In this document: positions 1-13,905 of the stretch, one piece after another
How the letters are laid out: the number at the start of each line of letters is the position of its first letter
How positions within the stretch are numbered: the stretch's first letter is position 1
NCBI RefSeq assembly: GCF_009914755.1
Contig: NC_060934.1
Length of the DNA stretch: 64,000 bases
Origin: the human T2T-CHM13v2.0 reference genome, Homo sapiens
Strand: one strand, 5' to 3'
Notes under the pieces: model-generated
Told to the model about the DNA's origin: nothing
The model's database searches: none
What the model saw: only the letters and a program-made list of their open reading frames with translations
Program-made: the position numbers and the translations under genes

Positions 1-1647
1 ATTAGTAGTAATGAGATAATGTTGCTAGCTTATAGAGGATTGTATTATCTTATTATTATTTTCTATTATATATGTCAATATGTGCTACAAGGAGTCTATT
101 TGTAATTCTGCATTTCTAGCTTATTTCTAAGATGAAGGTTACAGATATTTATATTGCTTTTTCTGGTAGATTTCAGACAGATTAATTACTGTTTTTGTTT
201 TCCTTTGTCTTCTACCAATATTGTGCTAGAAAAGCTATGTTTACAGTTTGATGTTCACAGATTGTATTCTATTATTTTTGAAATACATATAGAAATCTAC
301 AAGAGCAAAAACTTCACATTGAAAACCAATATAGGAGGACAGAGAAAACTTTTCTGGAGAAGTTACAGGGCAGAGTTTTAAGATAGAAGATGTATTTATA
401 TATAAATACCACAGAACATTAATAGACAGAGGAAAACTCACATGTCAATTTACAGAAGATTAAAGAAAAGAAATGTATGTTTTGTGGAACTAAAGAGAAG
501 GGTGTAAGTAAAGCAGTAGTAAGAGTTAAGGTACAGAGGTGGGACTCATGGGCTATATCTGTTGATATAAACTTCATCTTGACAATGAGGCTCAGCTGGT
601 AAAGTTTAAGCAGATTAGTGATTATAACCAAAAGTGCCAAGTCATTCACAGTTCTTTAACACACTACTTTGTTTTGTTTCTTTTGATCTTCTTGTTTCCT
701 CTGCTGGGATATTCCATTATCATTCTTGCCCAGGTAAAACTGCACTTGTATTTATCTACTGCTATCTGTCTAGATTTACCTGTGCCTGCATCTGAATCCC
801 ATGTGGGCAGAGATCTCATTTTACTTGTTTTATATTTCTAGTACCTCCCCAAGAGACTAATATTTGTGGGAACTTAGACAATTTTTATAAAAATAAATGA
901 ATAAATAAATAGCCTCATCATTTTTTACTAATGATAAACTTAGCATGTACATTTGTCACTAGTAAAATGATCTTTTAAAGAGAAAATTGTATTTTAAAAA
1001 GAATGTATAATCACAATGGGAAAATAATTGTATTTCAAAGTAAATTATTTCATCTCATATTAATTAAACATAGCCTTGCATTTTATGAAAAGAATGGGAA
1101 TTTAAAACGTATGTTAGCCCATGCATCAGTCATTTTTATCGTAATTTTATTAGAAGCTATTTGGGGAGAGAGAGTGTCTCTTATTATCTAATTATCAAAC
1201 AGTAGTGCTTTATTCATGTTAGGATGAAGTAAATATTTACTTAATTTAATTGGATAACGTAAGTATAAGTTAACCAATATACACGACTAAAGAATATCCC
1301 AAAATAACTTAAGTGTTTTTTAAAAGCTTTTGGTTTTTATTTCTTCTGTATGCTTATCAAAGTCTCAAAAAAAAGTAAAACAAAACACTAAACTATGTAC
1401 TATTCCTTCTCTCACTCTCTGAATCTTTAGCTGGTTTACTAAATTAGAATAACACAGACATACGTATTTCATTCATATTGGACTTATTTTCAGTCAATAT
1501 TACTACATTTATGGATGAAAGCTGTCAATTTTAAAATAATAATATAGAAAACTGTCTAAATTCTGAAGCCTGCTGTCATTTTTTGATGTTATTATTTAGT
1601 TAGCTTACATGCCATGGTTGCTGGCTGGGTCGATCTGTAAAAAAAAT

Positions 1648-1828
1648 CACTATATATATAGTGTGTGTATACATATATATATAGTGTATATATATAGTGT
1701 ATATATATATAATGTATATATATAGTGTATATATATATAATGTATATATATAGTGTATATATATATAATGTATATATATAGTGTATATATAATGTGTATA
1801 TATACAAATATATAATATATATATTTGT
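1648..1828. repeat. TA-rich compound microsatellite/VNTR with a 28-bp higher-order unit
   Basis: (TA)n runs punctuated alternately by GTG and ATG. Confidence 0.9.
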
Positions 1829-3044
1829 TCATAATCTTTAAATATAATCTTCCTTATAAAAGAAGTCTGAAAGCAAAGCCTCATAACTTTTCAGTTCATT
1901 CATCAATTCAATTTGAAGGATTAACTCCTCTCCAGAAAATAGCAAATATGATTATCCTACAGTGAACATGACATTATCTCAGCAGGTAGAATGGAAGTAT
2001 ATGGATTTTATTCTCTGCAGGTCCCACTTGATATTTCACCAAACATTCTAAGGTGAGTTTTTAGTATCCAAGACATTATTTAATGAAAATAAATGTGAAG
2101 CTAGGTCAACTAAATTTCTGATGTCACAGAAAAGACGTGTATACTCAGAATCTGAAGATGGCACTTTGTTTTCTGGCGTGGAATACAATTTTACTTAAGT
2201 AAAAAACATTTATTGTATTGATAATTATAGACAATATATTATCCAGGAAAATCAATGATATGTCTTACAAATAGAAACTGAGCAAAAAGAGGAATATAAG
2301 ATCTCATTCATTAAATAATCAATAAAGTGATTTAAAACACTTCAAATGTAATATATTGGCCACATATAGATCAGACCAGATTTATTTAGCACAACACAAT
2401 CTTCAATGAAAAATATGTATATATAATACCAACTTGTGGTTGGTTTTATTTTAATATTCAAGACTAATAAATTAAAAGTCTTGAATATTAAAAGACTTTA
2501 ATAAAATCAAAATAAAAAAACAAAAGGTGACTTTGTTCTTATAAATAGCATTATTATCATTGCTACTAAACAATTATAGTTTTCCTCCACAACAGTAACT
2601 ACAAAGATTATAGATATGAAACAGTGGAGGAAAAAGCTTTAAATCTAACAACTCTGAGTTCAAGTTATGGTCCTACTACTTGTTTACTAGGGGAGTGGAA
2701 GTGGGAAAGGGGACTGCTGAGCCAAGTCAATTATCCTATTTCAGCCTCAGATTTCTGGTGTGCAAAACTAAATTATGCAAAAGTCATGATGCTATTGTTA
2801 ATATTAGAAATTATATATATAAAGGAGCTAGCAAGGTATCTGGTCCTAGTGTATGCTCAATAAGTATTATCAATCATCTTTAATTCCTCTTCAGAATAAC
2901 CTAGCACAGATGAAGCTATTATTTAAAACGCACTCAAACCTTACTTGGCTCTTATTGTAGATTCTGTAACTACTCAATGTATAAAAGTATTCTATATATT
3001 TCTTCTAAGAAGGAGCCCTTAGCTGTTTATCAGGTTCAGGCATA

Positions 3045-3373
3045 CAGAGTCCTCCCTCAGCATCCATGTGGGATTGGTTCCAGAGCCCATAAGGATACTA
3101 AAATCTGCAGATAATCAAGGCCCTGATAGAAAATGAGACAGTATTTGTATATAATCTATGCATATTGTCTCATACACTTTAAATCATCTCGAGATTACTT
3201 GTAATACATATAAAATATTAATGCTAATAGTTGTTATACTGTAGTTTAGAGAATAATGACAAAAAAAGTCTGCGCATGTTCAGTACAGATGTAATGTTCT
3301 CCCCAAATATTTTCAATTGTTGCACTTAGTTGAATCTACTGATGTGGAAGCCGTGGATATGGAGGGCCAAGTG
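3045..3373 (+). mobile_element. MER2 (Tigger-derived MITE)
   Basis: cag..tccctcagcatcc...ggattggttccag...ggatatggagggccaagtg with TA on both flanks. Confidence 0.85.
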
Positions 3374-6035
3374 TATATTTGCTTTTTGGATATATTAAGT
3401 TTGGCCACATCCAACTAAATGTGTCCAAAATTAAATTGATGTCCTCACCCAAGCCATGTGCACCCCTATTGACATCAACATGACGTCACCTTAAGCAAAA
3501 CCCTGGGAAATATTTTATCTTATTTTTGACAAATCTATTTCTCTATTCTTCCTAACATACCCAGTTCAAAACATTAGCAGTATTTCCTGTAGACTCTTGT
3601 GCCTCTGCTCCCCTAAAATCTGCCTCCCACAGAGACAATCAGATGGATTTTACAAAAACATGTTTTCTCACTTGACTTTCTAATTTAAAAGTCTTTCCAA
3701 GAATTCCTCCTATTGACTAGATAAGTCTAAGTTTCTTATAAAAGAAAATTAAATTTTCTGTGGCATGGCCTTTTAATTTTCCAGCCCCACCTTGAATCAG
3801 TTTATGCCCCAGTAACACTGACTAATAATTATCTATAAACAAGAAGCTATTTCAGACCTTTGAGGCTGTGCAAATAGGGTCACATACTTCTTTTTCATTT
3901 GGTCAACCTCATCCTCTTATTGTGGGATGACTTCTTGGTACTCCTTCATTATCGTAAGTTCCCCATCAATAACCCCAGAAAGCCCAGAATTTACCTTAAT
4001 CTCAAAATTGCTATGCTAAACTCAATTTAATTTATATTCTTTATATACTTTACTGTATTTTGGGGGCTTTCAAATGATGGTACTGTAGTTATCTTTGTTT
4101 TCCAGAATGTAGTAAATGGTAGTATGTAATAAATGGTTTGTTGGGCTGAAAGGAAACTTTTCCTATCACAGACACCTGAAGGAAATGAGGCCATTGAGAA
4201 ATCTGAGAAAAGATCCATCCAGGCTGAGAGAAGATGAAAATCAAGCTCAAAAGCATATAGGTAGCTATGATCCTCAGAGATAGAGAGGAGACTGGTGCCA
4301 CAACTGGAATGGACTAAGAAAAGCAGAGTTGAGTAGGAGATGAAATGTATAAACTGTTGACATGAGGGAGTGTCCTACCTGTAGTGATAGCTGACAAATT
4401 TCACTGAGCCCTTTTGAATTTATTTTAATGATTTGCCTTTTACTCAGAGTGAGGTGTGAAAGCACTGGAAAGCTTGAGTAATGGATTGAGATGTTTTCCA
4501 TGTTACCAGGATCACCCAGGCTATTGTGTTGAGAAGAGATTGAAGAGAGCACAGGAAGACTTGTAATTGGAAGAAGTTTTCAACACTCTAGACTAGAGAT
4601 TGCAGTGGCTTGGACTGGAATGCTAATAACCAAAGTGGCAGCAGTTGTTGCTTTCTGAATACATTTTTAGAGTAGAACACAGAGGAGTTGCTCCAGGTTA
4701 TGTGTGGAGTTGGGGAGGAAGAGGGGCATTGAGGATGACTCTAAGGGTGTTTGGTCAGAGTGACTGCAAGATGGGAGACGCCTTAAACCTCTTATTGGAT
4801 ATAAAGTCACCAATAAGTTTGACAGGAGTACTGTTGAAATGAATGTCAGGCATGTAGGAAGTAAACTCTTCCAAGTGTGACTTCCAGTATGTAGATGACA
4901 ATAGGATATGAGGTTAGAAAGAAGAAAATTTATTGGGAAGAGACCTATCATCTGTCGATGACAGCAAGGAGGGGTAATGGGCGTTATAATTATTTTTTGA
5001 CACGAGATTCAAAGGAAAACAAACTATTGAGGAGGAGGAAATCTAGTTTAAAAATGTAAATGAGAATCTAATACTCCACCAACCGTATCTCTGTGATTAA
5101 TGATGATCACACACCCTGCAAAGTTTAGTTACAGTCCATCAAGTTTCCTACACCTGGTGTAGTATTGAGTTATCTGACAAGTTTGATCTCGTAAGATTCT
5201 TGAGACTTCCTTTTTTTTTTGAACTAATATTAGTAAACTGTATCTTTTAGAAGAATCATCCATTTCTGTTTTCAAATTTTGCATACATTTAAGCAAAGTT
5301 GTCTCTGAATCCTACTTTTTTTCTATTTATATGTAGTTTCTTCATTAGATTTTATTGTATACAGTTTTACTTGTTCTTTTTTTCTTGATTAGGTTAGATA
5401 GTATTTTATCCAATTAATTATGTCTTTATTTTTGTTGTTTCTTTCCAGAGAACCAAATTCAGTCTCATTTATTTGTTTTATATATGTTTATAATACATTC
5501 ATGTCTGATATTATAGTTATTAATTATTTTGGGGGATTTCTTGTGTTTTTATTTGTTTCTTTTATGAAGTATTATGACAACTATACATAATCTTGATAGG
5601 ATTTCTCAAAAAGAAAAGTACAGACTAATTTTATTAAATAAAATAACAGCAAGCATATAATATCAGCTTATTTCAAGAGAAAAAAATTATGTCCTAATAG
5701 AATCTACACCATGGATGCAAAATAGATCCATCTAAGCCATGGATGCAAAATAGGAGCTATAGTAAGATCAGTCATTATATCATCAACTCAAGAAGAAAAG
5801 TCATTACTGTCCTCATATATGGTAGCTATTTATTTGATCTGAGAAAAGCACCATTACTATTTTAAAAAGTCAATAAAATAGAAATAGATGAGTATTTTTT
5901 TAACATATTAATAGTTTTTAAAACCATAGACCAATCTAATGGGGAAACACTGAGGCAGTCTCATTCAAGTCACAAACGAGACAAGCATTTTTATTGGAAG
6001 TATAATAGGAAATGAAAGTAAAGAAAGAAAATGGA

Positions 6036-6342
6036 GGCCAGGCGTCGTGGCTGATGCCAGTAATCCCAGCACTTTGGGAGGCTGAAGTGGGAGGATCAGT
6101 AGAGGCCAAGAGCTTGAGACGAGCCTGGGCAACATAGCAAAATTCTGATTCTACAAATTTGTTTTTAATTAGCTAGGATTGGTGGCCTGAACCTGTAGTC
6201 CCCACTACTAGTGAGGCTGAGGTGGGCAGATTGCATGAGCCCAGAGTTTGAGGCTTCCATTAGCCGGGATTGTGCCGCTACACTCTAGACTGGGAGACAG
6301 AGTTAGACCTGGGCTAGGGGGAAAAAATGTAAAAGAAAAAAA
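6036..6342 (+). mobile_element. AluJ-like element
   Basis: Diverged dimeric Alu with J-type segments. Confidence 0.85.
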
Positions 6343-7118
6343 GCCTATTTACAATAAAAACAAAAGATGTAGAAATAGATCAAGTAAGAAATGTACAGAA
6401 CTTACATAAAAAGAAAAACAAAAAGCCTGCTAAAAAACACAAAAAAATGCATGGACAAATGCAAATGCAAAATGTTCTTGGATAGAAAGATTCAACATCA
6501 AACATATATAATATATTCCTAAGTAATTAATATATAAATCTCTTGTGTTCCTAATAAAAACACAGTTAACAACAAAAACACTGAACTAGCTTATTTAAAG
6601 TCAAAGAGAAAACTTAACAGAAGGAGAGGGAACATTTTGGAGGGAAAACAGCATTGAGGTAAGTTAGTAGCACCAGAGGATAGAGCATACTATGTAAGCT
6701 TAATCATTAAAATTGTGTGGTAATAGGTTATAAAATATAAATAATAGAATTGAATAGAACATTTAGATCAAAATCAAAACACATAAGAAAATATATGATA
6801 TAATAAATGCAACATCTCAAATTTGTTCATCATTGGATGAATATCACAATGTATTGTGTGGGGACCACAGAGTATTTGACTGGAAAGAACTATGGCTGCA
6901 TTAATACCTCCTACTGTGTACTAAGATACATCTCAAATACAATAAAGATTTAAATATACAATATGAATCCACATAAACACTAGTAGAAAACGTAGAATAA
7001 CTGTAATCTGGGCTTAACATACCAATATAAAAAACTGATATACTTGCACATATTCAAACTGATGCATGTTGAGTGTTAAATATTTCTCCATTGTCAATAA
7101 AAGAGGATAAATCGAAAA

Positions 7119-7218
7119 GTTTATCAATAATAGACTTCTTCTACAGTTTTATACTTATTAAGGAATATGTTTATCAATAATAGACTTCTTCCATAGTTTT
7201 ATACTTATTAAGGAATAT
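7119..7218. repeat. 50-bp tandem duplication (2 copies, 2 mismatches)
   Basis: gtttatcaataatagacttcttc(tac/cat)agttttatacttattaaggaatat at 7119-7168 and 7169-7218. Confidence 0.92.
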
Positions 7219-7875
7219 TACATAACTGTGAAAAAAATAATCTGAAGGATTTATCTAGTATCTACATGGAGAGGACTCCAGGATACATTCATTGTGAATG
7301 GAAAAAAACCCCAGCAAAGTGAAGGAATATATTAATATTTATTCATATTTTCTTGGAATGATACTGAAAATCTGGAAATAAACAATAAATTAACAAAAGG
7401 GATTTCTCAGGTGGGAGACTAGAAAGATGCAATTGTAATAGCAGGAAATCTTTTAGCTTGCTGTGTGTGTGTGTGTGTGTGTCTGTGTGCGAGTCTGTGT
7501 GTGTATACACATATTTAAATACATGTATTATTTTACATAACTATTTTAATTACCTATACACTCAGAAGTGACTTTGAAACCCTGAGACATTACATGCCAC
7601 TGACACATCTGTTAATTTCTTTGAAGAAAAGAGCCTTTCTCTGTCTGCAGCCTTACTTTTCCATAATAAATTTGAAATATGCCTCTGATATTGTCCTCTT
7701 CCCAAAATTTAACCAAATCAGAATATGCATGCAGTTCCTGAGAATCTGGTCTCTCTGATTTTCTGATCTAATTTAGATGTTTATAGGATAAAAGAATACT
7801 TGCCGCGCTTCTTAAATTTAATTACAGGGTTAAACGGGCCCGATGAAAAGACTGCATTGGTTCTAATATAAATTA

Positions 7876-8115
<240 letters not shown>

Positions 8116-10477
8116 TCACCACCATGTCGTTTTTTCCCCCAACAAAAGAAGCTTGCTTTCAAAGAAAAAAACACAGGAAAGTTTCCTTGACATATATACT
8201 GTTTTTTGTTTTTTGTTTTTTTAACTGAGGCTACTGTGTCCTGTTACAATACTAAAGCAATCACAAAAATAAGAGTGATTTTGTTTTTTGTGAGAGTGAT
8301 TAAGAAATAAACTTTGGATCTTGAAGGCTTATCTTTATTTTAATTTAATAAAGGGAAAAAGAGGAAAGCCCTAACAGAAAATCTAATATCCCTATAGGAA
8401 ATTTATTTTTCCTGTCTTGCCTTGCATTCTTGACACATAAACTCATATTAAAACAGACTGAACCTGGAAAAAATGAAATAGGCATAGTCGGCCTTTGTTA
8501 CTCCCAACCTTCCTTTTACTCTCATTTTTCCTTCCATAATGTTCTCCTCCCTGTCTCCCAGACACTCTCATCTTTGTGTCCTTTTTGTTTACAATTGCTC
8601 TAGGAAAGGTTATTAACTTGCACACCCTGATTTATAAAGGACTGATAAGTCGTAGAGTATTAATGTGTCAACAATCAAACAAATGCATCTCCCATTGTAG
8701 AATATCAAGGGTAACATAGCCCAAGAAATGTTTCTTTGGGGAAAGAAAATCTATTCGGAGCCCTTGAAATTAAGCATGTAAACATCTGTATAGCCAATTT
8801 ACATATATCTATAATCATTTTGAAGGAACTGGTATCTAAAAGACTTTATTTGGGATATTATATGAAAAGATAACAATGATTAACTTCATCAAGCAACATT
8901 AAAGCAACAGTGATTTATTATATTAAAAGTGGCTCCTTGACTTGCTGATAAATATAAATTAAAGGGGAAAAAGAATATAAAGGGATTCTAGCAGAAATCT
9001 TATAGTAAGCATTTTACATACATCAATAGTATTTTCTGTATTCATCATACAAAAAGTGAAGAATGAAAGAAAGTGGTCTCAATTTACACATGAGGGAATA
9101 TAATTAAAAGTTTTCTGTGGAATAAAGAAAACACATGTAATTGTAGTAAATTAACCTACCTGTAGAAATGTTTTATTTACTTATATTTATATTTTCAATA
9201 CATTACTTCTAAAAATAGTAGTTTTTATAGTTTGCAGACTCCTTTGAAAATACAGTAAAGATGCTGGTATACCTTCCTTGATCAAATGTAAACATACACA
9301 TTTACCTTGAAACTTGAATTCAATTTCAGAAACATCATATTAACTAATTTCCCATTCAAAAGTTCATGTTTAATATCCTCAATAAATGTAAACAAAGTAC
9401 TTTATACACTGTACTGTGCTGAAGGGGTTATATTATGCATATTCTATTTTTTATTATATGTCATGCTTAGAGTGATAATGTCCATAGACATAGCAGCAAA
9501 AAATAATTGAGAATGAAAAAGGAAATGACATTAATGCAACTAAGTCCTGAGACTGGCTATTTGGGGGTGGACAGATGTGGTTGCTGGAAGGAAAGGCATT
9601 TTATGACATGATTCTGCGACTTGTATAAGCCTGACAGACATATTCCTAAAGGCAAAGGAGAAACATTTGCAGAAACAGTCAAAATGAATGGCATATATTT
9701 ATAGAGAGCTATTCAAGCCAGACAAACTAATTCTGTTTTGTGTATGGATAAAATTAGAAAATTAGAGGATGGGGATAACAGAGGAGATATCAATTTTGAT
9801 TATACTTAAATCACTTAAAATGTCTCAGGAAATCTTAATTAAAATTTAGCACAAATTGGATTCAATATTAACATTCTTCCTGGGACTTAAATTGGCTAAA
9901 GGAATGTAATGATAAATGGCAATGCATCAAGTTAAGAAAAGGTGTTAAGGAGTGTGCTTCAGGGATGTCAGCATTATAGCTGGTCTTATTTAACATTTTC
10001 ATAAATGATGTTGGAAGGGAGGATAAGCTGGATGATAATTACATTGAAGAAGGTACCCACCTGGGAGATGCTAGAAATACCAAATAGTACTGCAAAACAC
10101 AGGAGACAGAAACACCCACTAAATTGCAGAGATAGTCAACCACAGTTGAGCTAAGGTATTCAGGGAACACAATTAGCTCTGCAGAAATTATTAGGAGGTA
10201 GAAAGCTTAACAAGTACACAAAATAAGGATTCTATGTTTAAGTTACCTAGATAACACTATTTTTCAGTCTTTTACTACTAAATAATAAAATAATGGGTTA
10301 TGAGTCAATATAATTTGTTTGCATGTATGCTAACAAAGATATTTTAAGGAAATTAATCGTAGTCCACCGTCAGAAAAATAAGCTGAGACACTGATTCTGA
10401 ATACCCAAATCATAATAGTGTCTTCCATGTAAGATCCCGAAAACTCAAGACCTTTTTTTTTTTAAACCTCAACATTA

Positions 10478-10588
10478 GCAGGAGAATTGCTTGAACCTGA
10501 GAGGCAGAGGTTGCAGTGACCTGAGATCATGCCACTGCACTCCAGCCTGGCAACAGAGTGAGACTCTTAAAAAAAAAAAAAAAAAAAA
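10478..10588 (+). mobile_element. Severely 5'-truncated Alu (right-arm 3' part plus poly-A)
   Basis: gcaggagaattgcttgaacc...gagactc then poly-A, flanked by AAACCTCAAC at 10464-10473 and 10593-10602. Confidence 0.88.
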
Positions 10589-11056
10589 TCCAAAACCTCA
10601 ACGACATTACACAGTAGATGTCCCCTTCTGAAGTCTATTAGATGATGTTGAATGGAGTTGTAGTTGCTAATTTTGGAGCTAACCTATGGCAAGAATTTAA
10701 TTCAATTATAGTTCAATGACTCTGTGACCAGTAGATAGTGTCTATGAGATGGAAATATATGAAGCTCATTTCTAATTTAGCAGGGAAATCTGCTTCCTAA
10801 ATGAAAAGGGCATTTATTTACATGGGGAGGCCAATATTTTGCTTACAAGTTTCAGATGAAAGTAAAAACAATACTATAACTTTAAAGTGTTTATTGAAAC
10901 ATTGTGATATCTAAAAGGTAAGAAATTGTGAGCTATTTGTTTTTTTTATTTCTTTTCGATGATGTTTTATAGTTCTATTCAGGAACTTTAGCCCTACCCT
11001 TTCATAATTCCTTCCTCTCAGTGTTTCAACATGTGCATATTCCAAATGTCCCCATC

Positions 11057-13283
11057 TGTATTAGTCTGTTTTCATGCTGCTTATAAAGACATACCTGAGA
11101 CTGGGTAATTTACAAAGGGAAGGTTTATTGGAATGCCACGTGGAATTCCACGTGGGTAGGGAAGCCTCATAATCATGGCAGAAGGTGAAAGGTGCATCTT
11201 ATGTGGCGGCAGACAAGAGAAGAGAGCTTGTGCAGGGAAGCTCCCCTTTTTAAAACCATCAGATCTCATGAGACTTGCTCACTATCACAAGAACAGCACA
11301 GGAAAGACTTGCCCCAATGATTCAATTACCTCCCACTGGGTCCTCCCACAACACGTGGGAATTCAAGATGAGATCTGAGTGGGAATACATCCAAACCATA
11401 TCATTCCAACCCTGGCCCCTCCCAAATCTAATGTTCTCACATTTCAAAACCAATCATGCTTTCTCAACAGTCTTCCAAAGTCTTAACTCATTTCAGCATT
11501 AACTCAAAAGTCCACAGTCAAAAGTCCCTTCCACCTACGAGCCTGTCAAATCAAAAGCAAGTTAGTTACTTCCTACATACAATGGAGATACAGGCATTGG
11601 GTAAATACAGCCTTTCCAAATGGGAGGAACTGGCCAAAACAAAGGGGCTACAGGCCCCAAGCAAGTCCGAAATCCAGTGGGGCAGTCAAATATTAAAGCT
11701 CCAAAATGATCTCTTTTGACTTCATGTCTCACATCCAGGTCATGCTGATGTAAGAGGTGGGTTTCCATGCTCATAGGCAGCTCTGTCCCTTTGGCTTTGC
11801 AGGGGACAGCCTCCCCCCCAACTTTGTTTATGGGCTGGCATTGAGTGTCTGTAGCTTTTGCAGGTGCATAGTACAAGCTGTAGGTGGATCTACCATTCTG
11901 GGCTCTGGAGGACAGTGGCACTCTTCTCACAGCTCCACTGGTCAGTGCCCCAGTAGGGACTCTGTGTGAGGGCTCTGACTCTGCATTTCCCTTCTGCACT
12001 GCCCTAGCAGAGGTTCTCCAGGAGGGCCCTGCCCCTCAGCAAACTTTTGTCTGGGCAACCAGGTGTTTCCATACATCCTCTGAAATCTAGGCAGAGGTTC
12101 CCAAACCTCAATTCTTGACTTCTGTGCACCTGCAGGCTCAACACCATGTGGAAACTGCTGAGGCTTGGAGCTTGAAACCTCTGAAGCCACAGCCTGAGCT
12201 CTATGTTGGACCCTTTCAGCCATGGCTGGAGTGGCTGGGACACAGGACACCAAGTCCCTAGGCTGCACACAGAACAGGGACCCTGGGCCTGCCCATGAAA
12301 CAATTTTTTCCTCATAGGCCTCTGGGCCTGTGATGAGAGAGGCTGCTGTGAAGACCTCTGACATGCCCTGGAGATATTTTCCCCATTGTCTTGGGGATTA
12401 ACATTCAGCTTCTTGTTACTTATGCAAATTTTTGCAGGTGGCTTTAACTTCTCCTTAGAAAATGGGATTTTCTTTTATATTGTGTTGTCAGGCTGCAAAT
12501 TTTCCAAACTTTTATGTTCTGTTTCCATTATAAAACTGAATGCACTTAACAGCACCCAAGACACCTCATGAATGTTTTGCTGCTAAGAAATTTATTCCGC
12601 CAGGTATCCCAAATCATCTCTCTCAAGTTCAAAGTTCCACAAATCTCTAGAGCAGGGGCAAAATGCCACCAGTGTCTTTGCTAAAACATAACAAGATTCA
12701 CCTTTGCTCCAGTTCCCAAGAAGTTCCTCATCTCCCTCTGAGACCACCTCAGGCTGGACTTTATTGTCCACATCACTATCAGCATTTTGGACAAAGCCAT
12801 TTGACAAGTCTCTAGGAAGTTCCAAATTTTCCCACATCTTCCTGTCTTTTTCTAACACTCCAGACTGCTCCAACCTCTGCCTGTTACTCAGTTCTAAAAT
12901 TGCTTCCACATTTTCAGGTATGTTTTCAGCATCACCCCACTCTACTGGTATCAATTTACTGTATTAGTTAATTTTCACATTGCTGATATAGACATACCCG
13001 AGACTGGGCAATTTACAAAAGAAAACAGGTATTGAAATTACAGTTCTATATGGCGGGGAGGTCTCACAATCATGGCAGAAGGTGGTAGCAGATAAGAGAG
13101 GAGAGCTTGCGCAGGGAAACTTCCATTTTTAAAGCTATCAGATTGTGGGAGACTTATTCACTATCATGAGAACAGCAAGGGAAAATCTTGCCCCCATGAT
13201 TCAATTACCTCCCACCAGATCCCTCCCACAATACTTGGGAATTCAAAATGAGATTTGGGTGGGGACATAGCCAAACCATATCA
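11057..13283 (-). mobile_element. Full-length THE1 (THE1A/B-like) MaLR element, LTR-internal-LTR, same orientation as PCDH15
   Basis: LTRs at 11057-11403 and 12960-13283 (TGATATGGTTTGG...CTAATACA on minus). 5-bp TSD CCATC at 11052-11056 and 13284-13288. THE1 internal sequence between. Confidence 0.93.
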
Positions 13284-13602
13284 CCATCAATCACCCATGT
13301 GACCACAAAATAATCTAAGTTGCTCCTAATGTTTCCTTTTAAATTTTGGCTGCAGTTTACTACTCTCTTTAATTGCTCTTTCCTGGTTCTGATAAAAAAA
13401 ATACAGCTTGATATAAAAGGACAAATATAAAGATGATTGAATTGTGCATAAGCTGAACAAAAACATTCAAATTGGAGTCTCAAAAATGACACAGAAAGCC
13501 ACAGTTGATATAAACCATATGCAAGAATATAAATTGTAATGCAAGAGTGTAAACACGGTATTTTATATGAATAAATATATTTTTTATTAGAAGTGAATTA
13601 TG

Positions 13603-13905
<303 letters not shown>

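Larger units (their letters stand above)
5560..7400 (+). mobile_element. Highly degraded L1M fragments interrupted by an AluJ
   Basis: A-rich with ORF2-like remnants such as atgttcttggatagaaagattcaacatc; approximate. Confidence 0.5.

Noticed and set aside
1592-1884. Y/I-rich ORFs, and similar ORFs at 46669-47124, 49424-49897 and 54413-54604
   Set aside because: Translations of simple repeats.
11081-12967. Cluster of overlapping 60-145 aa ORFs
   Set aside because: All lie within the THE1 LTR and internal sequence; decayed MaLR frames.
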